NCBI RefSeq assembly: GCF_006345805.1
Contig: NC_042997.1
Location: forward strand, 132,866,001 to 132,930,000
Source: Octopus sinensis
Lineage: Eukaryota
Reading direction: 5' to 3'
Length of the DNA stretch: 64,000 nt
This document shows, piece by piece, positions 54,590 to 64,000 of the stretch (position 1 is the first letter of the stretch; each line of letters opens with the position of its first letter). Position numbers and translations under genes: made by a program. The notes under the pieces were generated by a model. It did no database searches and was not told the origin of the DNA. It saw only the letters and a list, made by a program, of their open reading frames with translations.

Positions 54590-56821
54590 CTGGGAGAGAC
54601 AAATATACACGAGGCGTCTGTATCGATGCCTACGGAATATCTGTCTTAAAATTTTCAAGACTGACGTATTCGCGCCAAACTTATCAGCAGTAAATATAAA
54701 CTGCCGATTCAATCTCAGAATTATTCAGAAAATTATCAATTAGTCAATTTAGGGTAGCAAAAAAATTCAATAGAAATTTATCGCTACCAGCGGCCTGGTG
54801 GAAAAGAGAAAATAGTCATCGACTAAATATATAAATATAACAATTTAGGAGTGACCCTAACGGGTCATTCGTCCACCAGAAAGAGCAGCCATAACTCACA
54901 ACCGCCAAGTAGTAGTAATTCAGAAATTAGGTGAAAATTTAAAAACATTTACCCTAATTCATCTTTTAGACGTTGCAACCGTTTTTGTGTCATTAATGAT
55001 TAAATTAGCTTAATTAAATTAATTAAGCTAATCTACCATAGGTTACACTTCATCAGTAAAAAACCTGGGAGAGACAAATATACACGAGGCGTCTGTATCG
55101 ATGCCTACGGAATTCTGTCTTAAAATTTTCAAGACTGACGTATTCGCGCCAAACTTATCAGCAGTAAATATAAACTGCCGATTCAATCTCAGAATTATTC
55201 AGAAAATTATCAATTAGTCAATTTAGGGTAGCAAAAAAATTCAGTAGAAATTTATCGCTACCAGCGGCCTGGTGGAAAAGAGAAAATAGTCATCGACTAA
55301 ATATATAAATATAACAATTTAGGAGTGACCCTAACGGTCATTCGTCCACCAGAAAGAGCAGCCATAACACACCGCCAAGTAGTAGTAATTCAGAAATTAG
55401 GTGAAAATTTAAAAACATTTACCCTAATTCATCTTTTAGACGTTGCAACGTTTCTGTGTCATTAATGATTAAATTAGCTTAATTAAATTAAATTAAGCTA
55501 ATCTACCATAGGTTACACTTCATCAGTAAAAAACCTGGAGAGACAAATATACACGAGGCGTCTGTATCGATGCCTACGGAATATCTGTCTTAAAATTTTC
55601 AAGACTGACGTATTCGCGCCAAACTTATCAGCAGTAAATATAAACTGCCGATTCAATCTCAGAATTATTCAGAAAATTATCAATTAGTCTTTAGGGTAGC
55701 AAAAAAATTCAATAGAAATTTATCGCTACCAGCGGCTGGTGGAAAAGAGAAAATAGTCATCGACTAAATATATAAATATAACAATTTAGGAGTGACCCTA
55801 ACGGGTCATTCGTCCACCAGAAAGAGCAGCCATAACTCAACACCGCCAAGTAGTAGTAATTCAGAAATTAGGTGAAAATTTAAAAACATTTACCCTAATT
55901 CATCTTTTAGACGTTGCAACGTTTCTGTGTCATTAATGATTAAATTAGCTTAATTAAATTAATTAAGCTAATCTACCATAGGTTACACTTCATCAGTAAA
56001 AAACCTGGGAGAGACATATACACGAGGCGTCTGTATCGATGCCTACGGAATATCTGTCTTAAAATTTTCAAGACTGACGTATTCGCGCTAAACTTATCAG
56101 CAGTAAATATAAACTGCCGATTCAATCTCAGAATTATTCAGAAAATTATCAATTAGTCAATTTAGGGTAGCAAAAAAATTCAATAGAAATTTATCGCTAC
56201 CAGCGGCCTGGTGGAAAAGAGAAAATAGTCATCGACTAAATATATAAATATAACAATTTAGGAGTGACCCTAACGGGTTCATTCGTCCACCAGAAAGAGC
56301 AGCCATAACTCACACCGCCAAGTAGTAGTAATTCAGAAATTAGGTGAAAATTTAAAAACATTTACCCTAATCATTTCTTTTAGACGTTGCAACGTTTCTG
56401 TGTCATTAATGATTAAATTAGCTTAATTAAATTAAATTAAGCTAATCTACCATAGGTTACACTTCATCAGTAAAAAACCTGGGAGAGACAAATTACACGA
56501 GGCGTCTGTATCGATGCCTACGGATATCTGTCTTAAAATTTTCAAGACTGACGTATTCGCGCCAAACTTATCAGCAGTAAATATAAACTGCCGATTCAAT
56601 CTCAGAATTATTCAGAAAATTATCAATTAGTCAATTTAGGGTAGCAAAAAAATTCAATAGAAATTTATCTAATTGATATTTTCTGAATAATTCTGAGATT
56701 GAATCGGCAGTTTATATTTACTGCTGATAAGTTTGGCGCGAATACGTCAGTCTTGAAAATTTTAAGACAGATATTCCGTAGGCATCGATACAGACGCCTC
56801 GTGTATATTGGTCTCTCCCAG

Positions 56822-56925
56822 GTTTTTTACTGATGAAGTGTAACCTATGGTAGATTAGCTTAATTTAATTTAATTAAGCTAATTTAATCATTAATGACAC
56901 AGAAACGTTGCAACGTCTAAAAGAT
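56822..56925 (+). ncRNA. Type I hammerhead ribozyme in the inverted unit
   Basis: GUUUUUUA CUGAUGA(56830-56836) A GUGU [55 nt] ACAC A GAAA(56902-56905) C GUUGCAAC GUC(56915-56917) UAAAAGAU: 8-bp stem I with two G-U pairs, 4-bp stem II, stem III from palindrome ACGUUGCAACGU. Confidence 0.85.
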
Positions 56926-58009
56926 GAATTAGGGTAATGTTTTAAATTTTCACCTAATTTCTGAATTACTACTACTTGGCGGTGTGAGTTATGGCTGCTC
57001 TTTCTGGTGGACGAATGACCCGTTAGGGTCACTCCTAATTGTTATATTTATATATTTAGTCGATGACTATTTTCTCTTTTCCACCAGGCCGCTAGTAGCG
57101 ATAAATTTCTATTGAATTTTTTTGCTACCCTAAATTGACTAATATATATATATATACATATATCTATTTGCATACATACATACACACATACACACACACA
57201 AACATTCATTTTGTGATTGATCAATTCAAAGCACTGAGACATTATCTCATTGTGTCCCAACGTGCTGTTTGATAAACATGAAAAGTAAACAAAAAGCGAT
57301 ACTTCGTTTATTTTGCCAGTCGTCTGATCCAGCTTAGTGTAAAATATATATAACTGAATGAATAAAAATAAATAATAAATACATAAACAATAAAACTAAT
57401 TGTTATTGCCTATGATGTTATGACGTCAGAATTATCTATTTAGAAAAGATCGCAACGTACTTAGGTAGGACAATGTCAACAGCTGAATGAGTCAGGTATA
57501 GATAATAACTCTAAACATCCAAGATTCTATTGACTAAGTATGTATTATGTATATAAATGGATTGTGCATATTTTTACTTGAACACACACACATACACACA
57601 CACAAACGCACACACACACAAGCACGCACACACACACACACAGGTATCTATCTATTTATCCCTCTATGGATATATATATATATTAATATTATTATTATTA
57701 TTATTATTATTAAAAAGCAGCAAAAAAATCGAAAAAACTGTTACCCAGAATTTCACGTTGCTGCACGTCGGACAGTTTTGTTTAGAATGGAGGAAAATAG
57801 GGTATATTTATGCTTATAACCTTATCTTGTTCCATTCTAAACAAAACTATCCGACGAACGGGAACATGAAACTCTGAGTAACAGCTTTTGTGATATTTCG
57901 CTGCCTTTTAATAACGCATATTACTCTACCTCCAGTATTCAGTACTATTTTTACACTTTGTTTCGCGTTTTTGTGCTTACTCTGGTACATATATATACAT
58001 ATATATATA

Positions 58010-58100
<91 letters not shown>

Positions 58101-58114
58101 CATATATAGAGAGA

Positions 58115-58300
58115 GAGGAGTGGAGAATTCACGAAAAAACAAAAGGCGAAGACAGGTGGTGTAGAAAACAAACAGATGTATTAGTATAACGCTCGGGAAT
58201 TGAAATAGTCTTTTACGTTTCGATCCTACGCTCTTCTACAGAAAGCGACACAGAAAAAAAACAAGGAGACAAACAAGGAGTGAAAAAAATTGAAAGAGGG
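58115..58300 (-). mobile_element. Family H repeat with hammerhead-like motif (58210-58245)
   Basis: CUUU CUGUAGA A GAGC guag GAUC GAAAC GUA AAAG; one stem II mismatch. Confidence 0.75.
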
Positions 58301-58435
58301 AAAATATGTATATGTGTGTGTCTGTGTGTGTGAATGTATAATATGTATATGTACAATCACACACGCATACACACACACATATGTGTATGTATATAATTTA
58401 CTATATATAATATACTATACGTTCCAACTCGTTCA

Positions 58436-58508
<73 letters not shown>

Positions 58509-59129
58509 ATGTGTAAACAAATATATTCATGTGTGTGAGTGTATGAGCGCATGAATTAGTATATATATATATACAACGCTCTGTATTCATTAATCCAGTG
58601 ACTCTTAGCTATATTAGGCTCATGGCGGTTTTCTGAATCTATACTCCATCTCTGATCCCTTCATGGGTACTATTAGTGGAAGAAAAATATAACGTATATA
58701 CTATTTGCATGGTTATTCATCACATCAGTATCTTATAAAACAAAGTGTTGACAGTGACCTATTCATCTGTAATGAACATCGTGTATTGAGATAATTATAT
58801 AGGGATATAAATCTGCAGCAAGAGTACAAACCACAGAGACTGCCAAAATTTAAGTACGGGGATTTGTCCGTGAGCAGGTCACTGTTGGTGCGACGTATAT
58901 TTTTAAAACTAATAACTGTTGAAGTGAAGTCAAAATATTTGCAGAACTATGCACGAGACGTCCGCATGAGATTGAACATGTATATTATTCTACCAATTAC
59001 ATTTGGGGTTATATTTCAAAAGTTATATATTCAATTTTTCACCCTTATTATTTTAAATTTAAATTTAAGTAACTATGTTCTCTAACCGGCAAAATTAACT
59101 GCAGAGAATTATTTTCTGCAGAATTATTT

Positions 59130-59602
59130 CCGGTATTTTGGTGCGCCAAAATGAAGAGAAGAAAGAGTCTAGATGTACTCGCGAGAGTGAGGTCGCACCG
59201 ATACAGTCGTCAATATAACGACCCTATAGTTCAGGGGTGGGACCAGTGAAACTTGAGAATATTTGGTCTCAATGTAGCCAACGAACAAGTTTGCATAGAT
59301 GGGACCCATACTTGTTCACATGGCCACTCCCGAGAAAAGCTGGTAAAAATCACCCGCGAACGGGAAGCAGTTAAGTGGGAGGACAAGTTCAGCCAGACGA
59401 AGGAGTGTAGATGTATCAGGTTGTGAGCTGGTCGAAGGTCAAGGAAATGTTGGAGTGCATGCAGCCCCTTGTGGTTAGGGATCACCGTGTATAGACTCTT
59501 GATGTCAAGAGTGAAAATAATATATATACTTATGGACGCAAATTTATGCGTCATAGTGCTAGCTAGAAGCGATCGCCTCTCGGAGTGAATCAACAGCAGC
59601 AT
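59130..59602 (-). mobile_element. Degenerate Penelope-like reverse transcriptase fragment
   Basis: FTLDIKSLYTVIPNHKGLHALQHFLD; after frameshifts STLLRLAELVL, GVAM.TSMGPIYANLFVGYIE and catalytic RYIDDCIG (59206-59217). Confidence 0.85.
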
Positions 59603-59949
59603 TCGTTCTATTTCTCTTGACTGCCAACAATACTCAATACTGCTGCTGTATCTATCCGTTAGAGAGATTTACAAATTATGACATATATATATATAGGTTT
59701 GTGAAGATTCTTAAAGAATGTATCATATATCATGTCAGTGAGCAGATGTTCTCATTTTCGAGACTAATAGTGACAATTAATCACACGCACTGGTAATATT
59801 TCATTTCGGACTTATCATCCGTTATTTGCTAAATTAATCCATTTAGTTGGTATATGTCTAATTCATAATGATGAACAAAAACGTAACTGATGTCGTGGAG
59901 TTTTTACACTATAATAGTTCATGTTTTTTTTATGTAAACAAACTTTCTA

Positions 59950-61030
59950 TATGTTTTCGGTGCGAATGCTTTTAAATATGGCGCTGTTTTTACAATCCTG
60001 TAAATAATAATGGTAATTTTATATAAGCTTAAAGCTTATAGTGATTATCATGCAATGACTAAGGAAAATAAACTAATAAAGGGGCATATAAGCCTTCGAC
60101 AGAAAAAAAAGAAAGCTTTCCTATCCGCGTGCTAGCCGAACCCACAGCACTTTATTAACCTGACTAAGTGTGTTACCTTTACACCAGCAAATCAGCCTCC
60201 CCTCCGCGCTCTCTCTTTTACATGTTTCAGTCATTTGACTGCGGCCATGCTGGAGCACCGTCTTTAGTCGAGCAAATCGACCCCGGCACTTATTCTTTGT
60301 AAGCCCAGTACTTATTCTATCGGTCTCTTTTGCCGAACCGCTAAGTAACGGGGACATAAACACACCAGCACCGGTTGTCAATCAATGATAGGGGGACAAA
60401 CACAGACACACAAACACACATATACATATATATACATATATACGACAGGCTTCTTTCAGTTTCCGTCTACCAAATCCACTCACAAGGCATTGGTCGGCTC
60501 GGGGCTATAGCAGAAGACACTTGCCCAAGATGCCACGCAGTGGGACTGGACCCGGAACCATGTGGCTGGTTAGCAAGCTACTTACCACACAGCCACTCCT
60601 GCGACTGCCAAATTTAAGAACTATAATAGTTCGTGTTTTTTTTTTTTTGTCAACAAACTTTCTATATGCCTTCCATGCGAATGTTTTTTTTTTTATACAG
60701 CGCCGATTTTACAATCCTGTAAATAATAATAATGGCAATTTTTATTATATAAGTTTAAAGCTAATGTCGAACTATTATAGTTCTTAAATTTGACTGAAAT
60801 GGGGAGGCTGATCCGCGTTAACAAAGGGATGTGGGTTCGACTCCCACGCGGATGGGAGAGCTTTCTCTTTTTCTGACGATGGCTTATATGCCCCTTTATT
60901 AAACTATTTTCCTTAGTCATTGCACGGTGAATGGCATACGCTTTAAGCTTATATAAAAATACTATTATTATTATTTACAGGATTGTAAAAATGGCGCCGT
61001 ATAAAAAGAAAAACATTCGTACCGAAAGCA
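59950..61030. repeat. ~220-bp inverted arms (59950-60170 vs 60810-61030) enclosing a SINE and a partial direct copy (60625-60795)
   Basis: TTTACAATCCTGTAAATAATAAT...ATGACTAAGGAAAATA...GGGGCATATAAGCC vs its reverse complement. Confidence 0.75.
60215..60603 (-). mobile_element. SINE family A
   Basis: Reverse complement of family A consensus. Confidence 0.9.
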
Positions 61031-61084
61031 TATATATGTAGGTATATATATTTTAAACTTACCTAAAGTCCGCTTATGCTTAAT

Positions 61085-61318
61085 CACTGCTTGGCGCTGA
61101 TACTGCTGAACTTATCCCGACTAAGCGGTGCAACAGAAACAGTAAGAGTTAGGGAAAGTTGTGGTGAAAGAGCACAGCAGGGTTCGCCACCCCATGCCGG
61201 AGCCTCGTGGAGCTTTAGATGTTTTCGCTCAATAAACACTCACAACGCCCGGTCTCGGAATCGAAACCACGATCCTACGACCGCGAGTCCGCTGCCCTAA
61301 CCACTGGGCCATTGTGTC
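61085..61318 (-). mobile_element. SINE family C
   Basis: Minus strand CAATGGCCCAGTGGTTAGGGCAGCGGACTCGCGG...GGTTTCGATTCC. Confidence 0.85.
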
Positions 61319-61349
61319 TCTACTACTACTACTACTACTACTACTACAC

Positions 61350-61394
<45 letters not shown>

Positions 61395-62514
61395 ATATAT
61401 AAATAATTAGAAAATAGAGAAAACCTTAGATTAGCTAACACATCGATTGGACCACATTTATAGCTTCTTATTTATTAATACAAAGCATGATATAACAAAA
61501 CTTACAGCCGTTTCTAATCAGATTGCCAGAATGTAGTCTATACATAAGTGCGAGAATAAAATTCTTCATCTTCATGGGCATTCGAATTAAGGCAACGGAT
61601 CTTCATCAGAGTGAAAAACAAGAGCATACAATATTAAAAAAAGGATGAAGGAAAAGGAAAGAAAACATGGCTTAGACAAATAGTCTAGAAGCTCAATGTG
61701 TTAAGTGCAAATAATTATTTGCCATCAGGGCTGCCAGAGCGTAGATAAAAGAGTGAGCTAGTAAAGGCCTCGGGAATACTACAAATTATTAACAGGTGGA
61801 TGCAATTGGAAGTGGGTGTCAGGATGCTTTAAGAAAGAAGCTATCAAGAAACCATATGTAAAGAAAATACTAACATAATTATCAAAGGTCCATACCTATA
61901 CTAACGAAGTAAACTTAATTAAAAGTAAACAATTATCGTAGGGTGCTAAAGAAAAATTTACTCACAGTAGTTAATACCAATAATCTCACATATGATCCAC
62001 TATGGGGCAAGTCTAAGTCCAGTGGTCTCTACATTGGTCAGTTACAATTTCAAACGGGGTCACAAGTTAAAACCGTTACAAAGGATTTATTTATAAAATA
62101 AACAAGAAAAGAAAGCAAAGGAATGAAGGTACGGGAGATAAGTCAATGAATTTAGGGCCGTTTATGTCCTTTAGCATCTTAACGTTATAACATGCAAGAG
62201 ACTATAACATGCATTATGAGACTATAAGTTAGTGGTTAAGGGGAGGCAACTAGTACTGGTAAATCATCGGTTCTATGAAAAATAGGGGCAGAAATAGGGC
62301 TAAACCTCGTATATAGCGAATTGTAGTAATAATTCGGTATATACAGGTATGTAATAAAAAATATATCCTACAGGTGCTCTAAAAAGTACAAATAAAATGA
62401 CACTAATAACATCTCCCGGGGATAATACAGGTAACGGTTACTGATAGTATATACGGTTATTTTATCCCTTAGTCGGTTACTATAACCGGTGTCTCTGTTT
62501 ACATATATATATAT

Positions 62515-63697
62515 TTACATAATAGAAAATGTTTTTATTCTATGTGTCCTCCTTTCTCAATAACTTCCTTCAAACGCTTCCTGAAACTTGCACAGGCGTT
62601 CCTCAAATATTCGGGAGACAACTTCTCCCATTCTTCTTTAATAGTATCTTTAAGAGAGTCGACATTGCTGTGTAATTTTCTATTGGTAGCGTGTTCTAAA
62701 ACGCCCCAAATACCATAATCCAGAGAGTTTAGATCTAGGTTAGAAGGCGGCTATAAACATGAGTCCAAAAAATTGCTAAAGTTGGATTTGCAGAAATCTT
62801 GTATTTTACTAGCTGTGTGGGCTGGAGCACCATCCTGGGTCCATACATAATTACCATCTGGGTAGTTTGCTTTAAGCCATGGCAATACATCGTATCTCAG
62901 AGTCTTGTAGTAAGTATTAACATTGATCTTTTCATCAGCTTTGTAGAATTTTATAGGCATTTTCTTTCCATCGGAAGCCACAACACCAAAAGCCATAACT
63001 TGAGCAGGATCTTTTGTTTTGAATGTCCCCTTAACCTCAGCTGTTGATTTTGCGATAAATCTGTCATATCTGCTGTTCAGAACAGCATCGACAGTGAAGA
63101 TCTTTTCATCTGAAAAATCGTTACAATGAAGGACTTTTTCTTGAACCATGTAATAATTTTCTTGCACCTCTCCAATCGCTTTTCCTTCATAGCTGTTGTC
63201 AACAAATGTTTTGGTGTTCTTGTGTAAGATTTTAACCTCAAATCATATTTTACAGCATTTCTAATGGTCTTGTTGTCTACCTCAAGTTCAATTGCCATTT
63301 TTCTCATGGATTTGGTTGGATCCTTTAGGATTTTGGATTTGAGAGCTTTAATAAAAGCTTTGGTACGTTTTTTGTTGATTCCTCAACTTCCAGACTTCCT
63401 TGTAATAGTTTTGCTCATAGTCATTCTATTCTTTAGATTATAAATAGTCTTTATGGACATTCCAACTATTTTTGAAATCTCTTTTGGTGCGACGAGTGCA
63501 TTCAGAAAATCACACACTCTTTGACTTTTGCTTTCCTGATTACTCATACGGGCAAAAGTTTCTGAAAAGGTAAGGATAAGGATAATAGTGTTAGGTATGA
63601 GTATGACATCAATATACGCTAGGTTTCAAAACAATTGACTTAGTGCCTCCCGAGAAAAAACAACTTAACGTTCATTGTAAATTTTGCTTCCCCACCC

Positions 63698-63699
<2 letters not shown>
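62515..63699 (-). mobile_element. Tc1/mariner transposon of DD37D (maT) type, pseudogenised transposase 62540-63547
   Basis: FSDEKIFTV, QDGAPAHTA, *PPSNLDLNSLDY with 37 residues between the second and third Asp; ATG at 63545-63547, stop at 62540; frameshift and stops; only the 5' end (AGGGTGGGGAAGCAAAATTT next to TA) is recognisable. Confidence 0.9.
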
Positions 63700-63747
<48 letters not shown>

Positions 63748-63752
<5 letters not shown>

Positions 63753-63925
63753 AGAGTTTACGAAAAAGAACAAAAGGCGAAGACCGGTGGTATACAAAAC
63801 AAACATGTATTAGTATAACGCTCAGAAATAGAAAAAGTATTTTACGTTTCGAGCTTACGCTCTTCTACAGAAAGGGACACAGAAAAACCAAGGAGAGAAA
63901 CAAGGAGAGAAAAAAATGTGTGTAG
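63748..63925 (-). mobile_element. Family H repeat with hammerhead-like motif (63840-63874)
   Basis: CUUU CUGUAGA A GAGC guaa GCUC GAAAC GUA AAA; GNRA loop on stem II. Confidence 0.75.
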
Positions 63926-64000
63926 AGGCTGACTATATATATATATATATATATTTATGTGCGTGTGTGTGTGTGTGTGTGTGTGCGTAGGCTTCCTTCA

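Larger units (their letters stand above)
54361..57143. repeat. ~474-bp tandem array: units start 54361, 54835, 55309, 55776, 56248 (partial, to 56669), then one inverted permuted unit 56670-57143
   Basis: Unit start ATATAACAATTTAGGAGTGACCC recurs at those positions; copies differ mostly by small indels; (TA)n on both flanks. Confidence 0.97.

Noticed and set aside
54361-54834. Array as a Helentron/Helitron2 non-autonomous tandem
   Set aside because: An 8-bp subterminal inverted pair (TCCACCAG/CTGGTGGA) and an end hairpin would fit. However, a complete hammerhead with all three stems in each unit is far more specific, so this is kept only as the less likely alternative.
54361-57143. Array as CRISPR, rDNA/5S or snRNA cluster
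   Set aside because: No unique spacers, the unit is far too long for a CRISPR repeat, and there is no rRNA, snRNA or tRNA motif.
8437-61318. tRNA genes at SINE heads and at 60810-60855
   Set aside because: A/B-box-like motifs only; no complete cloverleaf, and each continues into a repeat body.
37-63925. Most ORFs in the track (poly-YI, HT, CV, MYVC, LS, poly-I/Y)
   Set aside because: They are translations of di-, tri- and tetranucleotide microsatellites that lack stops; no domain content.

Overview
AT-rich animal genomic DNA, almost all repeats and dense microsatellites ((TA)n, (TG)n, (CATA)n, (GA)n, (TAA)n). The tRNA-derived SINE families and microsatellite density resemble what I recall from octopus genomes (inference, not a database match). 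No confidently supported host gene; most long ORFs are translated microsatellites. Mobile elements: three to four SINE families; four R4/Dong-type restriction-like-endonuclease LINE pieces (three stacked at (TAA)n at 29.8-34.0 kb, one in (CATA)n at 0.7-1.8 kb); an RTE-like 3' fragment; a Penelope-like RT fragment; two Tc1/mariner remnants (one DD37D); two non-autonomous Helitrons; several foldback elements/MITEs. Main observation: 54361-57143 is a ~474-bp tandem array (4.9 direct copies plus exactly one inverted, circularly permuted copy). Each unit carries a type I hammerhead ribozyme fold with canonical core (CUGAUGA...GAAA...GUC) and a 55-nt branched insert in stem II. This is the architecture expected for a circular-RNA-producing non-LTR retrozyme. 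At least seven further minimal hammerhead-like motifs occur in dispersed Penelope-type repeats. Most carry core variants, including CUGUAGA as the usual form in one family. All ribozyme calls come from manual pairing and are untested.
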